Made by a program: the position numbers and the translations under genes. From contig JAVVGL010000006.1 of assembly GCA_032249135.1 (NCBI GenBank), forward strand, positions 1 to 64,000: DNA of 64,000 bases, in the 5' to 3' direction. Under the pieces are notes generated by a model. The model was not told the origin of the DNA and made no database searches. It saw only the letters and a list, made by a program, of their open reading frames with translations. Positions 17,461 through 26,891 of the stretch are shown one piece after another. The stretch is from Candidatus Calescibacterium sp. Lineage in GTDB: Bacteria > Calescibacteriota > Calescibacteriia > Calescibacteriales > Calescibacteriaceae. Each line of letters starts with the position of its first letter. Positions within the stretch are counted from its first letter, which is position 1.

Positions 17461-20400
17461 ATGGAGATAGGATATGAATCTCGTTTAAGTATAAACGATA
17501 TAGAGGCAGTTAGGATATCTATTGCATCACCGGAGAAAATAGCATCTATTGCCCATGGTGAAGTCAATCGTCCGGATACCATAAATTATAGAACAGGGAA
17601 ACCAGAAAAAGAGGGACTTTTCTGTGCTGTTATCTTTGGTCCAATAGAGGATTTCAGATGCTTGTGCGGTAAATACTCCGGTCAAAGGTATAGAGGGCAT
17701 GTCTGTGAAAGGTGTGGAGTTGAGATAACATCAAAGAGAGTAAGAAGGGAGAGGATGGGAAAGAAAACATTAGCATATCCCGTTGTTCATATATGGTTCT
17801 TAAAAATACCGCCCAATCCTATCCCAACATTACTTGATCTTTCGCAGAGAGATATAGAGGATGTTATATCTTTTTCAAGTTGGGTTATTGTTGAGCCACC
17901 GGAGAAAATTCATGAACTCAGAATACAAGAGAAAGATATAGAAAAAATGATCTCTGACCTTATGGAGCATTCCCCCGTCAAAAGGGAACAAGAATTCTAC
18001 AAAAAATATGCAAATCATATAGAACAGCTAAGGAAAATTGAAAGCGTTCTCAAAGGAATTGCTTTGAGAAGGTTGTTGCTCTCAGAAGCATTTGATGAGG
18101 AGAAGATTCAGAAGAAAGATCCATATTTGCTTTGTTCATCAATTCTGGAGAAGATTAAAAAATTTGGACAAGATCATGCAGAAGATTTTAATAGCGATCT
18201 GACAAAAGTGAGGGAGAGGTTAGAGGAGCTGATAGCAAATCTTGAAAATATGAAAAAAGAGGAGAGGAGTTTGAGATTTGATGAGATAAGAAAGAGAATA
18301 ATCCTTGATGCTATAAAATTTCCAGAGTATGTTATTGTTGAGAGAGAAGTTGTTGCTTTACTTGTAAGTCATTTCCCGAAGATATTTTTACCTACGACCA
18401 TTCTTGGTGGAATAGGGGGAGATATAATAAAAAGTTTTAATGAGAGGGGGGTAGAGGTTGAGAGAGAAAGTTTTGGGAAAGATAAGATAGCTCTCGTGGT
18501 TGCCAAGAAAGATGTCGGCAAACTTAAACTTGAACCACAAAACTTTATCGTCGGCTCCGGTGCAGAAGCCATAAGATATATGCTCAAAAAATTAGACCTT
18601 GATAGGCTCAGCGAGATAATAAAGATAGAGCTAGAATATGAATCAAGTAAAGGAACTAATATTTCAGGAGAAGAATCTTCAAGAATTGTCAAACTTTCAA
18701 GGAGATTGAAAATTGTCTCAAGTTTTAAGTCGTCAAAGAATAAACCAGAGTGGATGGTGCTTGAAGTCCTACCTATTTTACCACCAGAGCTCCGACCAAT
18801 AGTCACACTTGAAGGTGGAAGAATAGCGAGGTCCGACCTCAATGAGCTTTACAGAACTATCATACAAAGAAACCTCAGGCTCGTCAGGATGAGGAAAATG
18901 ATAGAACTTGGCATAGGTGTTCCTGACATCATAATAGAAAATGAGGTGAGGTTACTTCAAGCCGCTGTTGATGCACTAATAGACTCTTCCAAAGCAAAGC
19001 ATCCTATGACATCAAGGACCGGAAGAACTTATCGCTCTCTTGCTGATATAATAAAAGGTAAATATGGTAGATTTAGACAAAACCTTTTAGGAAAAAGAAC
19101 AGATTTTTCCGCAAGATCTGTTATCGTTGTTGGACCGGAACTCAAACTTCACCAGATAGGAGTGCCAAAGGAGATAGCTCTTGAACTTTTCAAACCATTT
19201 ATAATATGGTGGTTGATAAAGAAGAAGGGAATAGTAAGCAGTGTCAAAGAAGCGAGAAAATTGTTTGAGGAGAAAAAATATGCTGCGATGAGCGGGAAAT
19301 TAGATGATTTCACACGAGCACTTTTTATTGCCCTTGAAGATGTTGTAAAGGAGAAACTCATACTTGCAAACAGAGCTCCTACGCTTCACAGAATGAATGT
19401 TCAAGCATTTGAGATAGTGCTCGTTGAAGGAAAAGCTATAAGGCTTCATCCTCTGGTTTGCACAGCTTATAACGCAGATTTTGACGGTGACCAGATGGGG
19501 CTTTTCCTACCTTTATCTATCCAGTCCCAAACAGAAGCAAGGGTTCTCATGCTATCAACTCATCAGATTCTCTCACCAGCTCACGGCAATCCAATTGTTT
19601 ATCCAACCCAAGATCAGGTTATGGGAATATTCTGGATGACTATGGAACGAGTTGGAGAAAAAGGAGAAGGTAAAATCTTTTCCTCTGCAAGAGAAGTTTT
19701 TATAGCTTATGAAAACAAAGAGGTTTCAATTCACGCAAAAATAAAGTGTTTGCTTACATGCCTTTGTGATGAACACAAAGGAAAAGAAGAAATTTATGAT
19801 ACAACACCGGGAAGAGTTATTTTCTATCAGGATGTTCTCCCCAAAAAATTGTGCTTCAAACTTGTAAATAGACCTCTTGGGAAAAAAGAGATAATAGACC
19901 TTGTTGCAATTTCTCGGCAGATAGCAGGTGAAAAAGAAACAGTCATATTCCTTGACAAAATGAAAGAAATAGGCTTTGAGATGCTAACGAGATCTGGTTT
20001 TACTCTTTCCCCTGATCACTTTATAATTCCCGAGGAGAAGCAGAATCTCATTCAAGAAGCGGAAAAAATAGTTAAAGACATAGAAGATAAGTATTCAAGA
20101 AGATTGATAACTTGGGGAGAAAGGTATAATAAAATAACTCAGGTGTGGCTTGACTATACAGAAAAAATTGGACAACTTGTGAAAGAAAAAATTTCAACGG
20201 AAGAGGTTATAGTGAATGGAACTCGTGTCAAGACTATGAGTAAAAATCCTGTGTTTCTGATGGTTCATTCTGGTTCTCGAGGTTCATATGAGCAAATAAA
20301 ACAGCTTGCTGGTATGAGAGGAATAGTTGCAAAACCAACGGGAGAGCTGATTGAGTTCCCTATAAAGCACAATCTCCGCGAAGGTCTTACTCCGTTAGAA

Positions 20401-22275
20401 TACTTTATTTCAACTCATGGGGGGAGAAAGGGGCTTGCTGATACAGCTCTGAAAACAGCAAAAGCTGGATATCTTACAAGAAAGCTCGTTGATGTTGCCC
20501 AGGATATAGTAGTTAAAATTGAGGACTGTGGAACTAAAAAATCAATAACTATGACTGCGCTAACGCATGGTGGTGAAGTTTTAAGGTCTCTCTCTCAGAG
20601 AATTTTTGGAAGAGTTGCAGCAGAGGACATAACATCACCAGAAACCGGTGAGATAATAGTCAAAAAAGGAGAGTTCATTACCAAAGATAAAGCAAAGCTC
20701 ATAGAGGAACTCGGTATAGAATCTGTGAGAATAAGGAGTGTGATTACATGTGAGGTTGAGGATGGAGTATGTGTAAAATGCTATGGATGGGACCTTTCTT
20801 CATGGAAACCCGTCACTCTCGGTGAGGCTGTTGGAATAATTGCAGCTCAAAGTATAGGGGAACCCGGAACACAGCTTACGATGAGAACATTCCACTACGG
20901 TGGTGTCGGAGCGATAGCGGAAAGAGGAGATATTATAGCACATCATGATGGAGTTGTAAGAATAGATGCTAAAACGATTGAACTTGCTATCTCGCGGGAT
21001 GAGATGGAAAAGCTTGGTTTAAGCAAAGAGGAACTCATAGATGGAAAGAAAATTTTGCGTGTCGTATCAAGATTTGGGTATCTTGATATACTATCAGATA
21101 AGGGAAGAGTTCTTGAAAGGTATGAGCTCCGCTATGGAGCTTCTGTTCTTGTTAGACCGCAGGATAAAGTTAAAAAAGGGCAAAGGCTTGCAGTGTGGAA
21201 CCCATTTGCTAACCTTATCCTTACGCATGTTTCCGGGAAAGTTAAGTTCAAAGATATAGTATCAGGAGTTACTGTTGTAGAGAAGAAAGAAGAGGTAACA
21301 GGAAAAATTGTCAGGACAATTGTTGAACCAATAGGTGAAGCTTCGCAAAAGCTGAGACCTTCCATTATTGTTGAAACAGATAGTGGAGATGAGGTGGTAT
21401 ATCCGTTGCCGGTTAAGGCTACGATATCGGTTGAGGAAGGAGCATATGTTAGAGCAGGTGAGGAGATAGCAAGAGTTGAGACAGGGTATGCGAAAACCAA
21501 AGATATAACAACGGGTCTGCCCAAAGCTGAGGAATTCTTTGAGGTAAGGAAACCAAAAGATGAAGCGATAGTTTCTGAAATATCAGGTAGAGTTGAAAAA
21601 ATAGAAGACCTCAGAGATGGAAGAAAGAAGGTTGTAATAAGAGCTGGGAGAATAGTAAGAGAATACAAAATTCCAAAAAATAGGCATGTTATTGTCGTAG
21701 TGGGAGATGTGGTTAGCGCGGGAGAGGCTTTGACAGATGGAACACCGAACCCCAAAACACTTTTGAGAATAAGAGGACCAGAATATGTTGGCTACTTCCT
21801 CCTGAACGAGATACAGAAAATATACTCCTCTCAGGGAATAGATATAAACGATAAACACTTTGAGATAATAATCCGTCAGATGCTAAGGCGTGTGAAAATT
21901 AAAGATCCGGGAGATAGTCAGTTTACTCCGGGTGAAATTGTTGATAGATTCTTTGTAGATAGAGTAAATAAAGAGCTCAGGGCACAGGGCAAAAGACCAG
22001 CTACTTACGAGTACACTCTTTTAGGTATTACCAGAGCCGCTCTTTACTCCGATTCCTGGATTGCAGCAGCGTCTTTCCAAGAAACTCCAAAAGTTTTGGT
22101 TCAGGCAGCTATTGAATCAAAAATAGATTATCTCAAGGGGATAAAGGAGAATATAATTGTTGGAAAACTTATTCCGGCTGGAACAAACTTCCCACTATAT
22201 AGAGATACTGGAATAACAATAGAGGATCAACATATAACTGAAGAAGCCGTTGAACGAGAATTACTTTCGGCATAG
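17461..22275 (+). CDS. rpoC: DNA-directed RNA polymerase subunit beta'
   Basis: C.CGKY...CERCGVE zinc ribbon, NLLGKR.DFS, NRAPTLHR, YNADFDGDQM, GRKGLADTALKTA, EPGTQLTMRTFH, AASFQET. Confidence 0.99.
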   Translation: MEIGYESRLSINDIEAVRISIASPEKIASIAHGEVNRPDTINYRTGKPEKEGLFCAVIFGPIEDFRCLCGKYSGQRYRGHVCERCGVEITSKRVRRERMGKKTLAYPVVHIWFLKIPPNPIPTLLDLSQRDIEDVISFSSWVIVEPPEKIHELRIQEKDIEKMISDLMEHSPVKREQEFYKKYANHIEQLRKIESVLKGIALRRLLLSEAFDEEKIQKKDPYLLCSSILEKIKKFGQDHAEDFNSDLTKVRERLEELIANLENMKKEERSLRFDEIRKRIILDAIKFPEYVIVEREVVALLVSHFPKIFLPTTILGGIGGDIIKSFNERGVEVERESFGKDKIALVVAKKDVGKLKLEPQNFIVGSGAEAIRYMLKKLDLDRLSEIIKIELEYESSKGTNISGEESSRIVKLSRRLKIVSSFKSSKNKPEWMVLEVLPILPPELRPIVTLEGGRIARSDLNELYRTIIQRNLRLVRMRKMIELGIGVPDIIIENEVRLLQAAVDALIDSSKAKHPMTSRTGRTYRSLADIIKGKYGRFRQNLLGKRTDFSARSVIVVGPELKLHQIGVPKEIALELFKPFIIWWLIKKKGIVSSVKEARKLFEEKKYAAMSGKLDDFTRALFIALEDVVKEKLILANRAPTLHRMNVQAFEIVLVEGKAIRLHPLVCTAYNADFDGDQMGLFLPLSIQSQTEARVLMLSTHQILSPAHGNPIVYPTQDQVMGIFWMTMERVGEKGEGKIFSSAREVFIAYENKEVSIHAKIKCLLTCLCDEHKGKEEIYDTTPGRVIFYQDVLPKKLCFKLVNRPLGKKEIIDLVAISRQIAGEKETVIFLDKMKEIGFEMLTRSGFTLSPDHFIIPEEKQNLIQEAEKIVKDIEDKYSRRLITWGERYNKITQVWLDYTEKIGQLVKEKISTEEVIVNGTRVKTMSKNPVFLMVHSGSRGSYEQIKQLAGMRGIVAKPTGELIEFPIKHNLREGLTPLEYFISTHGGRKGLADTALKTAKAGYLTRKLVDVAQDIVVKIEDCGTKKSITMTALTHGGEVLRSLSQRIFGRVAAEDITSPETGEIIVKKGEFITKDKAKLIEELGIESVRIRSVITCEVEDGVCVKCYGWDLSSWKPVTLGEAVGIIAAQSIGEPGTQLTMRTFHYGGVGAIAERGDIIAHHDGVVRIDAKTIELAISRDEMEKLGLSKEELIDGKKILRVVSRFGYLDILSDKGRVLERYELRYGASVLVRPQDKVKKGQRLAVWNPFANLILTHVSGKVKFKDIVSGVTVVEKKEEVTGKIVRTIVEPIGEASQKLRPSIIVETDSGDEVVYPLPVKATISVEEGAYVRAGEEIARVETGYAKTKDITTGLPKAEEFFEVRKPKDEAIVSEISGRVEKIEDLRDGRKKVVIRAGRIVREYKIPKNRHVIVVVGDVVSAGEALTDGTPNPKTLLRIRGPEYVGYFLLNEIQKIYSSQGIDINDKHFEIIIRQMLRRVKIKDPGDSQFTPGEIVDRFFVDRVNKELRAQGKRPATYEYTLLGITRAALYSDSWIAAASFQETPKVLVQAAIESKIDYLKGIKENIIVGKLIPAGTNFPLYRDTGITIEDQHITEEAVERELLSA

Positions 22276-22276
22276 T

Positions 22277-23758
22277 ATGGAAATTATTATATCTGCTCTT
22301 GAAGAAGATGGCATAATTTCTCGCAAGAAATCCGAAGAAATAAGAAGGTGGGTTACAGAAAGAGGAAAAAGAGTTTCGGAAATCCTCATTGAAACAGGAA
22401 TCTTCGGCGATGAATCATTTTGCGAGTGGATGGAAAGAAAATTTGGATTTCAATCCGTAAGGTCAGAGGATGAGATATGGGAATCGCTCGTAAAACTTTT
22501 CCCAAAAAGTATGCTTACAAACTTTATGTTCATACCGGTAAGGTATGAAAATGAAAAATTAGTTGTTGCATCTCCTGAACCTTTTGATGTACCTACAAAT
22601 AAAATATCTGAAATATCCGGATCAGAAGTTGAAGTCAGAGTTTGTTCTCCTCGTCTTGTGAAAAAATTGATATCGGCTTCATTTCGGGAAGGTGAAGAAG
22701 GCGGAGCAGAAGAATTCTTAAGCAAAATAATATCAGAAGCAATAAATAAAAATGCAACAGATATACATATAATACCATCCGAAAACGAGTGTAAGATAAA
22801 ATTCAGAATAGATGGGAGACTGAGGGACTTCCAGAAAATATCAAATCTTACTTTTCGTTTGATTACGAACAGAATAAAGGTTCTTTCTCAACTTGACATA
22901 TCTGAAAGAAGAATGCCGCAGGATGGCAGGTTTTCTTTCGAAGGATACGATATAAGAGTTTCCGTAGTGCCAACGATATATGGAGAGAAAACGGCTTTGA
23001 GGATTCTCAAAAAAACTTTTGACTTTTCGCTCCAAAATATAGGTTTAAATGATTCACAAATAAAACTCATCAAGGAGGCGGTTAATAAACAATCAGGGTT
23101 CATTTTCGTAGCTGGTCCAACTGGTTCAGGAAAAACTACGACAATATACTCAATTTTGCTTGAAATTCCAAGAGATGAGTTCAATGTTTTTTCCATAGAG
23201 GATCCTGTGGAGTATTTTGTAGATGGAGTAAATCAAATACAAATAAACGATGCAATTGGGCTCACTTTCTCAAAAGTTCTCCGTCATGTTTTAAGGCAGG
23301 ATCCAGATGTTATTTTCGTGGGTGAGTTGAGAGATTTTGAATCGGCAGATATTGCGATAAAATCGGCTCTTACGGGACACCTTGTTTTGACCACAGTACA
23401 CGCAAAAGATGTTGCATCAGCAATTTTGAGGTTCATAAATCTTGGAGTGCAACCTTACATTCTTGTTTCAGCTTTAAGTTTTGGAATATCTCAGAGATTG
23501 GTGAGGAAAATTTGCCAAAATTGTGGAGGAAAAAAGTGTAGTGTGTGTAAAACAGGATTTTTGGGAAGGCAGGCTGTATTTGAGCTGATATACTTTGATG
23601 AGAAATTGAAATCAAAAATAAGAGAAAAAGAAAATTGGACGGAAGAGGAATTGAGAGATTTGTTCAGAAAAATGGGATTTAGTTTGCTTGAAGACGAAAT
23701 AAAAAAGAAAGTTCAGGAAGGAATAACAACTGAGGAGGAAGGAAAATTTGTTCTTTAA
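22277..23758 (+). CDS. GspE/PilB family secretion ATPase
   Basis: ATDIHI.P, LDISERRMPQDGR, GPTGSGKTTT, IEDPVEY, LRQDPDVI.VGE.RD, TGHLVLTT.H, CQNC...CSVC. ATG 22277 lies 1 nt after the rpoC stop. Confidence 0.93.
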   Translation: MEIIISALEEDGIISRKKSEEIRRWVTERGKRVSEILIETGIFGDESFCEWMERKFGFQSVRSEDEIWESLVKLFPKSMLTNFMFIPVRYENEKLVVASPEPFDVPTNKISEISGSEVEVRVCSPRLVKKLISASFREGEEGGAEEFLSKIISEAINKNATDIHIIPSENECKIKFRIDGRLRDFQKISNLTFRLITNRIKVLSQLDISERRMPQDGRFSFEGYDIRVSVVPTIYGEKTALRILKKTFDFSLQNIGLNDSQIKLIKEAVNKQSGFIFVAGPTGSGKTTTIYSILLEIPRDEFNVFSIEDPVEYFVDGVNQIQINDAIGLTFSKVLRHVLRQDPDVIFVGELRDFESADIAIKSALTGHLVLTTVHAKDVASAILRFINLGVQPYILVSALSFGISQRLVRKICQNCGGKKCSVCKTGFLGRQAVFELIYFDEKLKSKIREKENWTEEELRDLFRKMGFSLLEDEIKKKVQEGITTEEEGKFVL

Positions 23759-23854
23759 AAAACTTCTAAGTGAAGAGAAAAAGCAAAATAAAGTGTTGGA
23801 AAAATTTTGTTTAAAAAATCAAAAGTTAAAAAATAAAAAGTTAATCTATAAAGG

Positions 23855-24328
23855 ATGAACAAGGTAATAATACCAGAGGGGGTTAAGGCAAAAAATGTTG
23901 AAAGGCAACCGGGAATAATTGAAAAAATATACGCAAGCATAGTGGGTGGATTTGGAGTAACTTCAAAACACATCTTTGAGAAGAAAGTCACATTAAGATA
24001 CCCGGAGGAGAGAAAAGAGCTCCCAAAAGATTACAGGGGAAGACATTACCTTGATATAGAAAAATGTGTAGCTTGTGAATTCTGTGCATCAGCTTGTCCG
24101 GTAGATATAATATTCATAGTAGGTGAACCTCATCCAGAAAAAGTCCGACACCCGAGAGTTTTTAATATAGACATTCTCAAATGCATATTCTGTGGATACT
24201 GTGTTGAAGCATGTCCAACAGGAGCGTTGCAGATGTTGGATGTATATGAAGTTTATTCTCCTGAAAGATTTATTCTCACCATAGATGAACTTACGAAGAA
24301 ACCAGAATTTTTTGAAGAAAAAGCGTAA
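23855..24328 (+). CDS. nuoI: NADH-quinone oxidoreductase subunit I (2x[4Fe-4S])
   Basis: T..YPEE, RGRH, CVACEFCASACP, F.IDI.KCIFCGYCVEACP. Confidence 0.9.
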   Translation: MNKVIIPEGVKAKNVERQPGIIEKIYASIVGGFGVTSKHIFEKKVTLRYPEERKELPKDYRGRHYLDIEKCVACEFCASACPVDIIFIVGEPHPEKVRHPRVFNIDILKCIFCGYCVEACPTGALQMLDVYEVYSPERFILTIDELTKKPEFFEEKA

Positions 24329-24367
24329 GCAAAAATTTTAGATTTTATTTCTTTTCTTTCAATAAAT

Positions 24368-25750
24368 TCAGTTGACAGGGAGTGAAAGAGCGACGAAATT
24401 ATTTGTTTTTTCGGACTCTTTTAAACTTAATATTTTTACCGGGATCAAATCTCCGAGTTTATAATTTTTCGTTGAATTGAAAATAATTCGGATATAATTT
24501 TCTGTTGTTCCAGTAAAATATCCTTCCTCATTACTCTCCTCAATTAGGGCATAAAAGACTTTTCCGAAACAACTTCTTATGAATTCCTCCCTTTTTATCC
24601 GAGCTAACTTTATGAGTTCAGATTCTCTTGATTTTACTTCGCTTTCTGGGAGTCTTTTCATAAAATATGCAGGTGTTCGTGGTCTTGGAGAAAATGGAAA
24701 AACATGGATGTGCCCAACAGGAGATTTCTTGAGGTTCTCCAAAGTTATTCTGAAATCTTCTTCTGTTTCTCCTGGGAAACCTACTATTATATCTGTTCCT
24801 ATGCATGCATCTTTGAAAATATCAAGGAGTTTTTGAGAATCTGAGATGAAGTCTTCAAATGTATGCCATCTTCTCATAAGCTTTAAAATGCGGTTTGAAC
24901 CGGACTGAACTGAAATATGAAAGTGAGGACAGAAAATTTTTTTCCCCAAAGAAAGTCCCTCAAGTAGATCATCATCTATTTCTCCCGGTGATAAAGATGA
25001 GAACCTTATTCTAAAATCGGAAAATCTATAAAAAGCTTTTGCTATTTCTTTTACAAGTTTTCCAAAAGTCATATCAGATGAATTTGTTTTTTTTCCAGTT
25101 TGTCCATATAACGCAAGATGAGTTCCGACCAAAACTACCTCCTTTATTCCAAAATCGTAATACCTTTTTATATATTCTATTACCTTTGATTTATCAAGGA
25201 ATCTTGGCAAGCCACGTGTTAGTGGAATGGAGCAGAATGTACAAAATCTTGAACAACCCTCTTGTATTTTGAGATAAACTCTGTGTCTTGGAAAAAGATC
25301 TGGGTAAAGTGAATATTCTTCATCTTCTATTTCATTTTCTACTTGTTCTCCGTTTGTTTTTTGATTTTCACCGTTGGTTTTTTGATCTTGGTTTTGTACT
25401 CCTAAAATTTCACTTATCACCTTTGATATGTTTTCTTCTGTGTATTTTCCAGCTCCTATTGTGATATCTGCTCCGAAACTCATAACTTTTTTCAAATCAA
25501 GGTTGGGTAAGCAACCTGATACGAATACTTTTTTTCCGTGTCTTTTTGCTCTCCTTATATATTTTGCGAGCTCTTTTTCTGCGTCTTCGGTAACAGAGCA
25601 CGAATTCAGAATCACAAAATCTGAGTTTTCAAGATCACTTTCTTCAAAATCAACATATTTTCTGATCTTCCCAAGAATATAAAAAAGGTCTGCAAAGTTT
25701 GTTTTACAACCAAAATTCTTAAAATGTATTTTTATTTTTTGAGATGACAT
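24368..25750 (-). CDS. mtaB: tRNA t6A37 methylthiotransferase (MiaB/RimO/MtaB family, MtaB-like)
   Basis: FGCKTN, NSCSVT, GC, KIQEGCSRFCTFC radical-SAM motif, HISVQSGS, HVFPFSPRP.T.A, TRAM-like C-terminus. Confidence 0.87.
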   Translation of the reverse strand: MSSQKIKIHFKNFGCKTNFADLFYILGKIRKYVDFEESDLENSDFVILNSCSVTEDAEKELAKYIRRAKRHGKKVFVSGCLPNLDLKKVMSFGADITIGAGKYTEENISKVISEILGVQNQDQKTNGENQKTNGEQVENEIEDEEYSLYPDLFPRHRVYLKIQEGCSRFCTFCSIPLTRGLPRFLDKSKVIEYIKRYYDFGIKEVVLVGTHLALYGQTGKKTNSSDMTFGKLVKEIAKAFYRFSDFRIRFSSLSPGEIDDDLLEGLSLGKKIFCPHFHISVQSGSNRILKLMRRWHTFEDFISDSQKLLDIFKDACIGTDIIVGFPGETEEDFRITLENLKKSPVGHIHVFPFSPRPRTPAYFMKRLPESEVKSRESELIKLARIKREEFIRSCFGKVFYALIEESNEEGYFTGTTENYIRIIFNSTKNYKLGDLIPVKILSLKESEKTNNFVALSLPVN

Positions 25751-25765
25751 GTTTATTTATCTTTT

Positions 25766-26818
25766 TTATTCTGATTCTCTTCGGTTCTTTTCACTTCTTA
25801 TATATTGTAATATTTCGTTTTTGGTGATATTTAAAATTTCTTTTGCAATTTTATTTTTATCTTGAAGTTTTGAAAGTTCTTTCCAATCTTGAACTTTCAG
25901 GTTGAACCCTGCGGCATTTTTGTGTCCTCCGCCTCCGTATTTTCTTGCTATTTCTGCTACATCTATTTCACCTTGTGACCTCATACTAACTTTGAAAATT
26001 CCGGGATACTTTTCTCTTACAAAAATTGAAGCTACAACACCATCAATACTCCTTATCAAATCTATGAACTCATCTGAGTCTTCATCTTTTGCCGATGATT
26101 TTTCAAAATCCTCCAGAAGAAGATAAGATGAAGAAATTGAATCTTCTACTTTTAGTCTTGAAAGGAAGAAAGAGAGTAATTTGTATTTTCTTAAAGTTGC
26201 ATATTTTAGAGTTTTCATAACAGCTTCAAGATTTGCACCGCTCTCAACAAGTTCTGCAGCAATTTTTAAAGACCTTGAATCAACGGTAGGAAGTATGAAT
26301 CCCATAGTATCTTTTGCTATTGCGGCATAGATGTTTGTTGCAATATCAGGGGTTATCTTCACTTTGAGCTCTTTTAAAACCTCATATATAAGTACTCCGC
26401 AGGAGGGAGCGGAAGGGTCAACATAATTGAATGTTCCAAAATTTTCCCCTTTTGAATGGTGATCTATATTAACTATTGTTGTGCGTACGGCAAAACTTTT
26501 TGCTTCTTCTCCTATTCTATCTAATGTTGCACAATCTACAACGCAGAATATATCAGGTAGAAAATCTGGAAGGTGATTTTTTATTTTCTCATAACCCGGC
26601 AAAAACTTCGCAGATTCAAGGCAATCTTTGTTGTAAATGAAAACTTTTTTCCCGAGCATTTCAAGGGCAAGTCCCAAAGCCAAAGATGAGCCTATCGCAT
26701 CTGGTTCTGGTCCTTCGTGCGATGCTATAACAATACTATTTGCTTCTGCAAGAACCTCTGCTACGATTTTTCTCGGATGATAAATTACATTTCCATCTTT
26801 TTCAATTTCTTCAAACAT
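25766..26818 (-). CDS. DHH/DHHA1 family phosphoesterase (NrnA-like)
   Basis: H..P.PDAIGS, VDC, NIDHH, KVSMRS, GGGGH.NAAG. Confidence 0.9.
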   Translation of the reverse strand: MFEEIEKDGNVIYHPRKIVAEVLAEANSIVIASHEGPEPDAIGSSLALGLALEMLGKKVFIYNKDCLESAKFLPGYEKIKNHLPDFLPDIFCVVDCATLDRIGEEAKSFAVRTTIVNIDHHSKGENFGTFNYVDPSAPSCGVLIYEVLKELKVKITPDIATNIYAAIAKDTMGFILPTVDSRSLKIAAELVESGANLEAVMKTLKYATLRKYKLLSFFLSRLKVEDSISSSYLLLEDFEKSSAKDEDSDEFIDLIRSIDGVVASIFVREKYPGIFKVSMRSQGEIDVAEIARKYGGGGHKNAAGFNLKVQDWKELSKLQDKNKIAKEILNITKNEILQYIRSEKNRRESE

Positions 26819-26891
26819 AAAAAGTAATATAAATTAAAAAAGAAGGAAAGGTTAAAGAAAAATACAGAAAAATCTAACTTTACCTTAAAAA

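Noticed and set aside
12611-22275. Inteins as the explanation for oversized RpoB/RpoC
   Set aside because: The insertions lack C/S-start and HN-C/S/T ends and LAGLIDADG motifs, and resemble lineage-specific structural inserts
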